Below are positions 27,720 to 44,093 of a stretch of 64,000 nt of DNA, one piece after another. Source of the stretch: Epiperipatus broadwayi (lineage: Eukaryota; Animalia; Onychophora); NCBI GenBank assembly GCA_028023455.1, contig JAQFVV010000001.1:9982001-10046000 (forward strand). The letters are read 5' to 3'. The notes under the pieces are model-generated. The model was not told the origin of the DNA. It did not search any database and saw nothing but the letters and a program-made list of their open reading frames with translations. The position numbers and the translations under genes are program-made. Numbering within the stretch: position 1 is the stretch's first letter; the number at the start of each line of letters is the position of its first letter.

Positions 27720-28215
27720 ATTTGTCAATAGCAAAAAAAGAAGTTATCTGTTTAAGACTTGAATGGGATCTTTAGCAACAAGGAAATATATACATAAATG
27801 GAAAAATATGGATGATTTACTCTGCAAGTTGAGTAAGGAAGGCATAGAAAATATTAGGCATCTGTTAATTGAATGTAAATGTCTGAAAGCAAAAAGGGTA
27901 CAAATAATAAAATTGTAGAAAGAATAAATATGAACAAAGTGATTATACAGAAAGTGGCTTATTGGTTTTTATGCTGGGTTTGGGATAAAATAAGGGGATT
28001 TTAGATATAAAGGCCATGGAGTTGGGAAAGATTGTGTGTGGAAATGGGATGGACTAGGATAGAGAAATAATATGGGAAAACTTGGGGTGGTGAATGGAAA
28101 GGGAAGTCAAAGTGCCTAACAGGTTTCTCTGGGCATAGTTGTTGAAAGATTCCTGACTTGGTATAAGGAAAAATCACAGTGCATAACATCACATCATTGT
28201 GTAAAAGAAAAACAT
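27720..28215 (+). mobile_element. 3' fragment of a non-LTR retrotransposon (copy 2)
   Basis: Clear nucleotide homology to 11185-11840 (GGATCTTTAGCAACAAGG, ATATTAGGCAT.TGTTAATTGAATGTAAATG). Confidence 0.65.
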
Positions 28216-29779
28216 CTTGAAAAGATTCCATTAAAGAATGAAAGCTCTATTGATGTAATAAATATTTTTATTTATAGTGAGTTCTCTATTTCAGTTTTGT
28301 TTTAAATTGATTATTTTTAAATTTTTAACATCATAAACAATAATTAAATATTTAAATATAACTAATATTCAAAGTACTAATAATTTGTGTGTATATATTC
28401 AATTAGATATCAAATCAGATCAAAGAAATAAAAATAACACTGATTTTTTAAATTAAATTTGAATTATTAATTTATTATTAAAATTCAAGTACTTTTAATT
28501 TTTAGTCATCTGAAAATTAAAAATTTTAGTGATTTCTTTTATTTTTATACTTCAAAAAATATTTTTATAAGTAAATGAAAAACTACAATTATAGCAAATT
28601 TATGATAATAATATATAATACAATATTTGCAAATAAATGTCTAAGTGTTAAATACTTATAGTTAATGATGTAATTGTATTTATCAAGTTCATTTTCTCAA
28701 AACTAAATCACATTTAATTATTGAGAATTAGGGTTTGTCGAAGTGAATTTATACTATATTTGCAGTTGCTTAGTTTATATGTATTTGTATCCATATGGTA
28801 GAATTCATTCCTATCAAATTTTAATAAATTGGAGATTGGTCTCAGAACAAACCATTGATGTGTAAGTTGTAATTTACTGAATTAAGATTAGGAGCTAAAA
28901 ACACCACTCTTTATAGTTACTGTTATATAAAGATAGTGGTTATGTTTATACCATATACAGGGTATGTATGTGTCAGTACTAAAAATTATATGAATGAAAT
29001 AAATGTTTTATAAGTATGGGTTCAACTGTATGTAGAATTATGTTTTAAGTTTATTGATGTTGTGTTTATTTTATGGCAAATATACTCTATAATCTATAAT
29101 TGTATTAATACTATAATGTGGTTAAAATTAAACTAAGGATAGAAACCTTAGACATTTATGTACAATAAATTTTTTCTTGCATGTATATGAAATAAGACAG
29201 TATTATAAAAATTAGAGAAAAGACTGTTAAAAAAAACTAAGTTATATATCAACTAGTAATTATATTTTGTAATCTAACTATTGTTATATGATTTGTTAAC
29301 TTTTTAAATGTAATATTGTATGGTCTACATTCATTAATCAGGAGTAACTTATATTTTTCATAATCTCACCAGGTATTAGAAGTAGGGATTTTTGTGAGGG
29401 TTATTACTATGTGGTGAAATAAAATACTGTCCAAATATTCATGTTTTAGTTTATTTCACAATAGTTAAATCAATAGCATCTGTATAAGTTATATAAATAA
29501 AATTAAATGTAAATCATTGAAATATGTTTAGATTGACCATTGCAATAGTTGGATTTCAAAATATAATTATTAGTTGATTTATAACTTTTTTTAATAAAGT
29601 CTTTTCTCTAAACTTTATATTATTGGCTTATTCCATATAAATGGAGGAAAAAAATTATTATACATAAATGTCCAGGATTTTCTTACTAAGTTTAATTTTA
29701 ATCTTCATTACAGGATAGTTATAACTAATAGAATACATTTGCTGCACAATAAACCACAATAATAAACTTAATACCAAAA

Positions 29780-32700
29780 ATACAATATGAGATAGAACCT
29801 CATCCATTGGAGAGCAGCCCAACTTCTGATATATTGCAGTAGAACTTTTTGATGAATATCAATGATCAAGATTTCAAACTCAGATTAAGACCTTGGGAAA
29901 CTATGCCCTAATTGTAGTTGATAAAAACTTGAAAAACTGCTTCACTGGAATAATCAATAATATATATTTTGTATATAACATCCAAGACTTTCAAAAACTA
30001 ATCCAGCCATTTGGAAAAGCAATCTACATGAAGCCAATATTCCTAAATGACACTCCTACCTCAGCGTATACCAATAGTTTCTATTTTAAAATCAAGCTAA
30101 ATGAGATGATAAATCCAGAAGATATACCCACACAAATAGTCGATCAAAAGGCCATATTAACTATCCACATAAGAGAATAAGACCACAATATTTCTAATGC
30201 AGAAAACATGAACATCTAGCAATTTACTGTGATGCTAGGAAAAAGTCAAAAATCAATCCAGCACAATGCATCACCAAGAAGCAAAAAAATTTAAAAACCA
30301 ATCAAACACAGTGCAATATCAACCAAGCACAGAGCAACATCAAGAAGCAGAAAGCTTAATGAAAACAGAAACAGCATCTGTTAAAGAAGAAAACAGAACC
30401 CAAAAAACACAAAACAACATCAACCTCAAAGCAATTAGACTTATCAGTTAGAAAAGCAATTAGAGACCAAGAGCCAAATAAAGATGAAACAACACCTGAA
30501 AAAATACAGGAGTCAGCACTAACACATGAAAACAATATTATTAACCAAAACAAAGAAGAGGCTGAAAGCAAAAATCCAACTGGAAAAAAATAAGCCTTAA
30601 CTAATGACAAGTCTGAAGACACCAAGCCAAAATCACTGTGAACACTAAGAATTAAAAATAACACAGACATTGAAATAACACAACTAATCACACCAAAGAT
30701 TCCACAAAGTATACAAACAAACACAGACCAAAAGCAAAGTACATGGCAATTACTAAAAAAAATAGATGGCCAAAAAGGCAAGAATTAAAGAGCCAAGCAC
30801 AAGCATCTATGAAGAGCAGTACCAAACAATAGAAACAACTGATGAAGAATTTGAAGAGATTACAAAGATGCACAAGATTGGTCAGCAATAGAAAAGCAAA
30901 ACATGAACAAACACACCTACAAGACATATCTCAATGAAAATAAAACTCAAAGTGATTAATGTTACAGGTTTGAATTCAACCTCAAAAATTTTCAAGGTAA
31001 GATAATGGATAAAAGACACACACTGACACACACTTGGATTTCTTGAAAACAAAGTCTATGCTGGATCCCAGACTGACCCAGCCAATTATTTAAACAGACC
31101 CCCAGATTTTATGCATGCTCTAGGAATAACTCCCTTGGCAGAGACTGGTCTTTTAATAGCTATGGGCTGTCCTTTCACTACTTTTAAAACAATTTATATA
31201 GATTCGAACCTACTCATTGCAACATTCTACTACAGAACTTAATGATTAATATAATATTCATATACATGTCTATATAAACCAACAAGATCACCACCATAAT
31301 TGCAACTATTAACTCTATGCTGGCTGCCACAGAAAACCCACTATTTTAATAGGTGATTGCAATACAACATATCCAGAATTCATACAATGATGGCTTCATA
31401 GAATATCTATACCACTGATGAGTGCTCAAGAATTTTTACCAGACAGTGCCAATATTATTCCACACTGGCCACTATTCCTCACTCATTGATCTGTGTTTCT
31501 ATGCCCCAATACTTCACCATCTGATAAAAATAAAACCCACCCTATCATCTTTCTCATATCACTCAGCTCAGATCATAACAATTAACTTCAACTAAATCCA
31601 GGCACCCATGCTCCCACTAACAAAAATGATAAAAGTCTTGCTTCCCACAGCCACCCTCAAATTTGTTTTTTTTTTAAAAACATATATCATGCTCAACAAA
31701 ATACAAAAAATGAATTTCAACCTCATACAGCAATATCAAGGTTATATCAAAATACTCACCTTCAACATTAACCACATTGTAATGAAGCAGCCACCATCCA
31801 CAAAACTGATGACCCTTGCAGATCAGCTTCACAGACAATTAATAATGATCAAACTATCACAACAATATATTTTTAAGATAGCGCACACATATAACAATTC
31901 CTATGATAGATTTACAATATTTATTTGAAAGTAAAAAAAGCAAAGCATGCCTTATCAAACAGCACACTTGGACCAGGGAGTGTGTAAGATGAGCACTTGG
32001 AAACCCACCAAGCATTAAAGTGTCAGTGGTGTTACAAACAGATGAGGGAATGTATGAAGGACACAATATGATTATGTCTATTTTTGAATATTTCAATCAG
32101 AAACTTCAAGCAAGACAAATACTAAAAAATTCACCTTACCCACTTGAAAAAGCAGAAACAAAAACCCCACAGACATTTTCATAGCAAAGCTAGCTAGCAT
32201 ACCAGATGCATGTTACCCAGGTAGTCCTGGAATCATATTATTTGTATTAAAACATCTTAGCCAATACCCAATAAAATATCTATGTAAATTGGAAAATCAT
32301 TTGGCACAAGAAATTTAGCATATAGCCAGGTCTGTCCAATTGCAATAGTACCGTACAACAAAAAGATCACCCCCTCCTTAATGACATACAGCTAATATCA
32401 ATGGGACCATTATCAATTAAAATTTTAGAAAAAGTCATAAAGCAAAAATAGAACCCTACATAATGTGGCTAATTTCAAAGGCTCAATAAGCAAAGAAAAA
32501 TTCATCAACAGTACAAGCAGCTCTGCTCTTCAAACCTATTCTAACATCATTCATGTAATAAAAAATTTGGCCCCATAGCAGTCCAACTCAATATAGAATG
32601 AGTGTTTGACTCAATTGACACCACCATACTATTAGAGATGCTCAGAAACATGGAAATACCCAGGATACAACTGTATCTCATAGCAAACCCACTCCTAAAT

Positions 32701-34450
32701 TATGAGATACATATAATGCTTAATGGAAGAAACTCACTATCATTCAATTCAATACAGTCAATATCACAAGGGTCCCCCTCAGTGCATTGCTGTTTATAAT
32801 ATATATATAAATTCCCTCATTTTAAAGATACAGCAAATGTTTGATGGGATTCAAATACCTGGGACAGCCCAATAAATAGCATGCATAGCATGTATGGATG
32901 ATGTCATAGTCTTCCTATCATCAAAGAAAATAAATATTCCAATTACAAAAGATACTAGAAGATTACACAATGCAATACAAGCTGAGATTCAACCCATAAC
33001 AAACAACAGCCTGGTCACTTTATAGAGTTAGATAGTGCACATCCATATATCAATCAAAACCAATCTCATTCCTAGGATTTCCATTTCATATGGGAATTAC
33101 AGGTATGAGATGCAACATTCAAAATAGGCTGAAAGAAGAATCTAAGCAAATGGTGGACTCCCTTTCAAAAAAACATATTCAAAAGTACAACTAATTAATC
33201 AACTCATTACAACAAAAATAATATATTATGTGCCTATTATAACTTTTTTCAAAGTGTTCACCTCAAAAATCAAAATCATATGCAATAAACTCATTTGGTC
33301 CAGGAAGACAGTGGCAATATTAGCAAAAAAATTTAATCACCCACTCATTAAAAATGGACTTGGACAACATAATATCAAATCTTCCTTACACAAAAATGGT
33401 TTGCATACCACATTTATATGTATTCATTGAAATTTTTTTATTGACATAATTTTATGCTATCATTGATTTCTCTTGTATCTACTCTAAGGTGTAAATAAAG
33501 TTTTAATTTTGAAAGTAAAAATGAGAAACTTAATTATCACTACTCTTGATCAATTCTCCAAGCTCAGGCAACTAGTTCAAGTCACCCCAATTGACAGACC
33601 ACCTCAAAAGGGATTACATATTTCAACTATTATATATCAATGCAAGACAACAGTAAATATACCAGAACAATGTACACACAAATATGCATACTGGGACATA
33701 TACAATATGGTGCATAAAGATATTAATACTAATGACCTGGCCCCAGTGCTAGGAATAAACAACAATAAATTAATCAAACAGTATAAGAAGTGGGCATTAA
33801 AATCCAAATTTTTTGGACTTTATACTGAAAATGAAGCTATCTGTAATGCCAACTATCTTCTTTCTTCATCATAGAAAAATGTATATAACTATAGACCTTT
33901 TCTGCAGACTCTGCCATAGAGCAGAAGAGATTCTAAACCATCTGATCTACAAGTGTACAGGACTAGACCAATAAATAAAAGATTACAGGAGCCACCACAG
34001 TTATCCAAATAATTTCTGAATATCAAGACAAATCAACTCCAAACATTAGGACTGCTACTTTCATTCTTTACTCATGATGGTGTATGAGGTGTATTTTCCT
34101 AATAGCCAATAACACCAGGTGTCACATATCAACATTTAATAATAAATTGACACACATATAAAACAGAGACAAGATAATCACAAGCACTTATTTATATGCA
34201 GCAACATGGTCACTGCTGAAACAAAGATCAATGTTATAATTACCTTTGGTGAGAAGAAAAACCACATAACCAATACTGGGAAGATAAGAGAGTGAGCACT
34301 GTTAACTAACAAGAAAATCTTACATAACATATATTATATCTAGAAAGAAATTACTTTTAATATTAAAAACTAATTGATATTATTGGTAGCACATCAGTAT
34401 TCCCATAGTTGAAAGCCTTGTTACTCATATAAAAAAAATCAACTGGACAA
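29780..34450 (+). mobile_element. Decayed near-full-length L1/Tx1-type LINE (ORF1, APE, RT, C-terminal zinc finger)
   Basis: APE: INVTGLNS (~30955), ILIGDCN (~31345), LIDLCF, SDH (~31568). RT: FDSID (32605), SQGSP (32764), CMDDVIV (32891). Zinc finger CRLCHRAEEILNHLIYKC (~33900). Many stops. Confidence 0.85.
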
Positions 34451-34659
34451 TTGATACACTAAAGGACACTTATATGCAAAACTCTTATGATGTATGTACC
34501 CCTGTACATTAATCTATGTAACAAAACTAGATGTAAAAATGAATTTCAATGTAAACTAATTAGATTAATAAAGAGCATTTTGAAACAACAACAACAATAA
34601 TAATAATAACAATAATAATAATGATGATGATGATGATGATGGTGATAATTATAAAAATA

Positions 34660-35400
34660 AACCTGAGCAGATCACCATTTAGAAATGGACTTGGACTCCA
34701 TACAATCAATGTTTTTTAGACACAGAAATCAATAAATCTATTAACAGCCACCATAAAAAGATTTCCAGACCTGGAGTGTGTGATCAATATAATACCCACA
34801 GACAGACCACTCCCTTCATATGGATATCTATACAAACTGATTGAAGAACTCAACCAATGTATAGCAAAATATCACTCAATAATGATAACAAGTATACATA
34901 CTTGGACATGTATAATATCCTAAACCCAAACCAGACACTTCATCTATATCCATCAGCTCTTAGAATAGACAACAGGAAACTACTGCAACAATTCAGAAAG
35001 TGGTCACTAGAACCAAAATTATTTGATTTTCTACTTAAGTTTCATCTAAATGCTCTACCATAACACATTTCCTTAGATTTCATTGATTCTATACAAATAT
35101 AGACCCTCTTTGTGGACTATATCATAGAGAAAAAGAGAAACAAGCTCATTTCCTTCATTCCTGCACTGCACTGGAAATAATAAGTCACACAATGTTTACC
35201 ACATACAGAAAGGGTAATATTTCAATTGATAAAATAATAAATACATTTAAAAGGGGAAACTGTCTGCTACTCATGCAGCAACATACAGTCTTTATGCCTA
35301 CTGGTATACCAGATGCATCTTTGCTCTTGCTAATAACCCTTGATGCCACCCAGCAATATATTCAATAAAACTAGAATTATTCAGAAAAAGAGACAGCATT
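34660..35400 (+). mobile_element. Second, diverged L1/Tx1-type LINE 3' fragment
   Basis: ORF 34857-35063 aligns with ORF 33509-33874 (KY.Y.D.YN...KL..Q..KW.L..K.F), followed by FHLNALP and PLCG..HREKE..HF..SC. Confidence 0.7.
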
Positions 35401-35747
35401 CTAGATCAATCAGGTGTGTTTGCAGCCAAATGGTCACATTTGAAACTTTAAGATCAAGTCTATGAAATATAAGTCCAATATGACAGATGATGACACTTTC
35501 AATATCAGCAATTTTCAACCATAAACAGATGCAAGCATAAACCGAACTAAATAGAAAACCAGATTCTAAAACAAACAAAAAAAATGCAGAAATAATAAAG
35601 ACTTATGTATTGAAAAGATATTTTAATTGGTCTTCTTGCATAGTTGTAATTTGTTTTGCAATTGTAACAGAAATCAATATATTACTAGATGTGACTCCGA
35701 AATCTTCTAGACTCAATAAAGTTTTGCTTTGCTTCGAAGAAGAAGAC

Positions 35748-35748
35748 A

Positions 35749-35792
<44 letters not shown>

Positions 35793-35803
35793 TGATGATG
35801 ATG

Positions 35804-35834
<31 letters not shown>

Positions 35835-35876
35835 TAATAACAACAACAACAATAATAATAATAATAATAATTATTT
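35748..35876. repeat. (AAT)n/(GAT)n/(CAA)n microsatellite (similar smaller tract at 34586-34650)
   Basis: Direct reading. Confidence 0.95.
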
Positions 35877-36591
35877 ATTATATGCACTTCAACACTTTTG
35901 CTTTAACAAAAATAAACAAGTAAATATTCATACATTATTAATAAGTACAAAATGAATATACAATAAACAAAACATTATTCAATATATTAACATTTTAACA
36001 AAAATATACAATAAAGAAAACTACAATTCTTAATCAAAATATATATAAATACATGTTATATACATATATAATACATTATCTACAGTAAATTCAATTTTTT
36101 TTTAATATTATTTATAAAGTAATCACAAAAAATATGTGTTATTGAATTTTTGATCTGTTAAATACAGATTTGTTAAAAAAATAATTTTTACTTCTTTTAA
36201 TATTAAAAGTGTATGCTTCCCTTAACAAATGAGAGAAATACTGCCCTAAAAAGGGTTTTGTTGTGTTCCTATAAACCAATTTATAAACCACAAATATGTT
36301 CAAATATAAACATACTGCTTTATTTTTTTCTGTTTATTTCATATTTTATAATATTGTCTTTTAGTTTCATTAAAACCTTTTCTTTCTGATATACTTCAAC
36401 ATCATATCTAATAGTAACTTTTCACTGTATTCTACTAGCTTCCATATCTTCCCAATGAAAATTATTGACATTGCACTTCTTTAGAATGTTTTTGAGATAT
36501 ACACATTTTTAGATATACTTAAACTTAATTTCATATGAATATTTCTATTTTTGATATATATACAATTTTAGGTGTACTTAAACTTATCTTC

Positions 36592-37477
<886 letters not shown>

Positions 37478-37780
37478 TTTTAAACTTCTATTCAATCAAA
37501 TAGTCATGAAAGAAATGATCAGAAGCATATAAAAATAATAAATTCTCCCCAAGCTGTTTATTTCATGCTGAAGCAGCACTTGTTTTAAAACCCACATCAC
37601 AACCTCTTGCACATATCTTCATCATTAGTTTAGTATTTATAGATAACAAATTACTATAGCTTGTGTTTTTCTGAAGGTTTGTGATGCTGTATTTTTATAT
37701 TGGACTATTTCCATCATCTAATATGTGTGTTGAATGTCTTTAAAAAAGTTTAATTTTTAGTTAAATATTCCAAATGCATT

Positions 37781-37921
37781 CAACTGTTAGTAATATCACA
37801 GCAAACAGGTTAGTATATGCACCAACTGTTAGTAATATCACAGCAAACAAATGTTAATAATATCACAGCAAACAGGTTAGTATATGCACTAACTGTTAGT
37901 AATATCACAGCAAACAAATGT
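37781..37921 (+). repeat. Higher-order tandem amplification of the 3' end of family E
   Basis: AACTGTTAGTAATATCACAGCAAACA-type unit repeated four times with alternating spacers. Confidence 0.85.
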
Positions 37922-40789
37922 CAAAAACTTTCTGCAGTCACAATTTTAGCATAAGCCACTTTATGTAAATATATTAGTGATTGTTAATGATCACTTATTA
38001 AATAAGAAATATCCCAAATATGCACTTTAAATGTCAGTTAATGAATAATATGTCTGCATTGTTATAAATAAATCAGCAACTAATTTTTTTTGCCCGTGTT
38101 GCCAGTTAGATAGACATCACACCATTCTCACACAAGGAAGAGACTGTTTTCTGGCCACTTTTAATACCTCATGGAATAATGTATAATCATTGCATTATAT
38201 ATTTTCAGGTTTTTGTTTTTATTTGAGTTATCTACCATCTTAGTTCAATCATATTTCAACCATCAATCAATGCAGAAGTCAGATCAATATTTCTTCCTGG
38301 CTAGGACATACATAGCATACGTTATAATTCAACTTCATATTTTTATATATAATTAAAAATAACTTCATATATTTATTTTAGTTATGTTTATATATATATA
38401 TATAATTTCAGTGAGTTTAATAAACTGATGTATGTATTGGTGAATGTAGTAAAAACTTATTAACGTCATTTTTAAATCACTATTTATTTATAGTTGTTTT
38501 TTTTTTTAATTTTAAAATCAAGATATAATTTTATTCAATTAAAGTTAAATTATAAGACTGAGCACAATTTTCTGTTGCAAGTAAGAATTTTCATAAAAAG
38601 ATAGCAATTTTATACGTTGATGTTTTAATATATATATATATGATTATGCTTATTATGTTTTAACGGTCTCTCAAGTAATAATAAACTTTATTTATTGATT
38701 GAAATATAAAATATAATTATTAATTAATGTTCTTATTTCATCACACATCTTCTACAGAAAGGCGATTAACATTTTTTAAAGGTATCTTTTTCAAAAATGT
38801 TGAAAGTGACATTTAATTGCCCAGCATAATGCTTCATAATGGTTCCTTAATGATTAGACGAAGTAAAGGGCGTTTTATTATATTAATAATTAAAACTAGT
38901 TGTTTTACTTTAAGTCCATCATTTTTTTAATAACATTTGCTCTAGAAAAAAAAAACTATTTTCTATCTATATCACTCATATATATATATGTAATTAAATT
39001 TCCAAAAAAAAAAATCAATTTATTTGTGCTATACTTAGAAAAAAAATAACTGGAAAGAACAGGTGCTTTTAAATTAACTTTAAAACACTTTTAAAAACTT
39101 ATTTTTTATAATGATAAAGATTTTAGCTTTCTCGTTCAAAAAACAAGTTGTTCTGTCTGTCACATTTTTTTCTATATATTATAAAACACTTTTTATAAAG
39201 TTAGATAGAAGTGTGTGACAAATACTTTTTTAACAATAACAGCTTAGTCATTTTTTTTATACAATAGCAATTACTATTACTTCTTGTATTTGTTTTTTTT
39301 TTTGCTTACTTTTGCATCCAATTGTCTATTGCAAAATTTTTTTAAAGAATAATGTAAAAACTTTCTTTTTATGTATGTGTATATGTATTAATAATTGCTC
39401 AGGTTCGCAATTTTTCTCTTACTATTTCAGTATTTAAGCATTTTTATTTAGTTTGGAAATGTTTTTATGTCATCATGAATCCCAATTCGGGATTACATTT
39501 ATTCCTATACTTTTTTTTTATTTACTATTGAGGTATTTTCAACTTTTACAAGACTACTTGCAGTTTCAATTGCTTTTATTTTTTAAGTTTACTTCTGTCT
39601 ATTACAGACATATATAACTATCAATGAAAGTCCCTGGACCCAGTGGCAGAAAGTGCCAAGTGACCATTACCTAAACTTTACTCAAATTTTTTCATTGGCA
39701 GAGACGTTTAAAATATAAATGAAATATGAATTAAAGACATATAAAAATATAAATGAAATATGGACTATAAAAAATTGAATTTTTTTTATTTCTCTTATAG
39801 GTAATTAATAAAAAATTAAATTTAATTAAATATTTAAATCATAAAGAAGATAAATATCTTCATGTAGGTTATATCTGGATAACCGTATTAAATTTTAATA
39901 TACCTCTATTAATATATTTACTTAACATAGTCTATAAACACGATGCATATGTTTAAATATTAACTGACAATAGAATATAAATTTCCATGTTAAATCTTTC
40001 CAAATTTATAATAGAAAGTTTACAGAAATGAAATTCTAGAAAAAAATATTTTGAAATTATATTGTTTTATTTATTGATTTTTCTTTTTTCATTGAATAGT
40101 ATTTGTGAATAAATTTCCACTGAAAACTGTTTTCCTTTCTATATAAGTACTACTGTTTTTTTATTTGGCGGACCATATAATCTCTTCAAGAACTATATAT
40201 GTTGATGTTGCAAAAATCATCATTATGATTGCAATGCTTATTATTTCTATTTGTAAGAATATTGAGAATCTTCTTACCTTGTAGAGTATTATTTTTGAAG
40301 AAAGTCTTAATGTTTTCACATCCACATAAACAAAAATTAAAATGTTAAATAAGATTTATTAAACGAGTATACTTTCTACACTGCATGTGCATCATAATTA
40401 CGGATGTTCTGTTATGATTGTGACTCACACTAGTCGAAAGTATACTTACTCTATTTTTATATTATTAATAATAAATGATAGAGTATCAAAATATATGTAT
40501 AAGCCATTAAATAACTTACTCCTGAGAAAAGATCATTCTTTTAGTCAATCAACAGAAGAGAAGTGAAAGAGAAGTCATTACTTCCTAAAATTTGAATTGT
40601 TTTCATCCCTGTTTTATGTTTTAATTAACAATATCTAAATATTCATCAATTAAATTGATTATGTCCTGGCTACCTGAATAAAACATTTTAAGCATGATTG
40701 GAAGCTCAAATAATTTTCAAAATTTACTGGCTTAAAATTAACATTATGACATAAAGATAACCAATAAAAGACACTACATTTCTAGCCAG

Positions 40790-40828
<39 letters not shown>

Positions 40829-43453
40829 ATATATTGTAACCCTCAAATGAGTGATCACACTGGTTAGCACCATTATGACTATGGATTTTACACACCACAG
40901 AATATGAGTCCTCTTATAGATAAAATACAATATAATATCAATACAAATAATATAATCTCAGATTCTTATTAAAATCTTATCTAAGGTTCTTATTGAAATC
41001 TGAGGTTTTTATTCAAATAAATCTACATACTAGATTCTAACTTTATGTACATATCTGGGTTTGTGCATAGACTTGATAAAATAAATAATTATTATGCTAA
41101 ACACTTGAACATTATTAAATGCAATAACCATTTTAAATTCTTATACATTAAATATCTTATCTTCTTCTAAAATGAATGAAAATACCTAAATATCTGAATA
41201 ATTCAGATAAATATCTGACTAGCAAATAAAACACACTTCAAATATTTTAAAATTCTTCTCATATAAACATTTATCTTCATACAACCTCCAGACATATTTT
41301 ATTTTAATATTCTCATATATGGACTTGTACAATATAATAAAAAATAAAATAATGCAGCAGGTAGAGAGTGCTTTTACATTATCCACTACATCATCAAGCC
41401 CTCTTATAATAAGATATATCAACATATGTGAAATAAATAATAAATAAATAGAATAAGAAAATTGAATGTGATTTTTGAAATGTACTCTCATATACTATAA
41501 TATTTAATAAAACTTTAATAAATAAGATTTTCTAAAAAAATGGATGTAATGATGGCAACAAAAACATAAATGTATTTAGGAAATAATAAAATATTTATTT
41601 ACAAACCTAGAATAAACCAGTTTTCTCTCCCTTTATAGTAAATATTTATCCAGCATTATTATTAATCCTAATCTAGGTTAACACTCTAACCTGCACATTT
41701 CTGAACCTGATTATGTGCTTGACTTAACCTGTTATATATAAATAGATGCTATAGGAGTGCTATTAAGTTAGTTATATAACTTTGGCTATTAAGTTCCATA
41801 TGATTTAGCAGACTACAAAAGAGCTGGAAATTCGGCATATTAATATAGGCATAGACTTGAATACCACACACCACTGTATTGAACATGTATAATGAGATGA
41901 TATCTAACATATAATCTCATTAGTTATGTAATGTTTGTGAGCATAATCTTTCATGTTCCAATTATATAATTTTGTATATTTTAGTTTTTCCATCTTTTAT
42001 TGTCTTTATTAAATTAATATTATTTAAAATACAACGTGTGTATAAATCAAATCAGTGTTAATTTAGTTATTTTATGAGTCTCTTGTTCCACCCCATCTGA
42101 CTGCTGGACCATTATTAAGTTAAATGCATGTGCACCTTGGGAAATGTCATCCATAGAGTATTCGATCATTGAGCAGAGGTGGAAGGATTAAATGTTGGCC
42201 AGATTCTGGATCTTATCATCTAGATTCAACCAGCTTTAGTATGTTTTGCCTGTGTTCTAGATTTTGTTACCTTGAGTGACAATTCTTACTGTTATAATAT
42301 ATATATATATTATAATTTCTGCAATAAGTTAATATGCATATATTTTATGTATTAGTATGTGTACATATATATATATGGGTGTGTGCATGCATGTGTGTGT
42401 GTCTAATAAATCACTAAATCAGGTTTTCAATTGAAATCTAAAAAAAATCACCTGTTATTTAAAAAGTATTAAGCTCAATTTTAAAAGCTGTCATTTGAAC
42501 CAAAAAACTCTATACTGCTCTCTTGCAGTTTTTTACTTAAATTATGTCTTTGAAAAAAACAAACACACAAATAAAAAAAATCTTTATTTTGCCCTCTTAC
42601 ATATCTTACTTAAACTATATCTATGAAACAATGACATACAAAATCAAGCAAACATACAAGGATATGCAAGTTAAATAAAAGCATTTCAAAACAATATGTC
42701 TACATTTAATAAATATATCCTGTTTATTTGATAATCAGAAGTTGACTTCATTACACTTGAATATACATACATAGATATATAAAACGAATAGATTTTTGTG
42801 AATTTAAACTTTTATATTATTACATATTATTTAACATAAAATAAATGGACTGACTTCTCTTAGTGCATATACATTTTAACTATAATTAAATTGTTGGATT
42901 TCTAATATATATGATGAGACTAAGTCATATCTGAAATGCATTATATAGTTTATAGTATGAAGGATCAATTTACTTTTTATTCAATGGCAAATAGCATTAC
43001 ATGTTTAAATTGCCATCAGAGAATACTCATCTCTCATTTGTTACACATTCATATAAAGATTCAGAACATGTTATATTTAAATAGAGTGTTTAATTTAAAA
43101 AATATATGATTTTCAACTAAAATGAAAATGAATTGTAGTCAAACTTCTTATACTTTTTATGATAGCTCATTCTAAGTGAAACTTATACTGATGGTTTGAA
43201 TTTAGTGGGAGCACCAGCTATAACTTTAAAAGTATGGTAGTAATCATCACATAATCAATCTATTCCTACTACATGTTTCATAGTGATTGCTGCTTCACAT
43301 GTGATAATTAGTTTACATGTAAATAATAATATGCTGTCTAATTATTGCATGTATCAAATAGAGGAGAGTAGTATGTATGGTAAACTACTACTAACAGGGC
43401 ATAGAAAAGATAAGAAAGATATTCAAAGAGTGGAAATTATAATAAATTTTAAT

Positions 43454-43700
43454 AAACTATAATAAAAGAAAAATTAAGGAGGCAATTTTAATAAATAGAA
43501 ATAAAATACAATTAATAGACAAGCTGCTAACATTAAAATTCAGGATTCATGGAATTTGCATTGTTGACATTTGTTTCCATTATATTTTTTTTAAAATTTG
43601 ACAGCAGTTGAGGAGGGTTAAGGAATTAACTGAAAGTACTACAGTGAATTGAAAGACTGTTCATAATAGTTAATTACCATAATAATTATGATTTTTATTA
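43454..43700 (+). mobile_element. Older solo arm of family G with hammerhead-like motif at 43604-43646
   Basis: Aligns with 24920-25170; GCAG TTGAGGA G GGTTA aggaat TAACT GAAA GTAC TA; ends in (TA)n. Confidence 0.7.
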
Positions 43701-44093
43701 TATATATATATATATATATAATTCCAAATACAATGATAACAAAATGGTTCTTTGTATATAAAGAAGATTGTCTTGAATACTTAAGGCAGAGAGTGTGAAT
43801 ATTAATCAATCTAATTATTTATTGTAAGACATTTATTAAACAAATTGATTTTTTTATTTAACCAAGTAAAGAAACTTTTCTTATGTTAAACTTTGTAATA
43901 ATCATTTAAATGATTTACATGTAATAAAGTAAATCACAATGTGATTATATATATATGAAAAACAAAAAACAAGTTAAAAACTTGCTAACGCTTGTATTTA
44001 TGTCAACAGATGGTGTTCTACCAAAAACACTGTCAAGCATATGTTTACATAAACGTCAGAGCAAGCATTCACTATCTCTAACTTTAATTCCAC

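Noticed and set aside
37781-37921. Repeat-spacer pattern reminiscent of CRISPR
   Set aside because: Spacers are themselves repeated, the context is eukaryotic and there are no cas genes.
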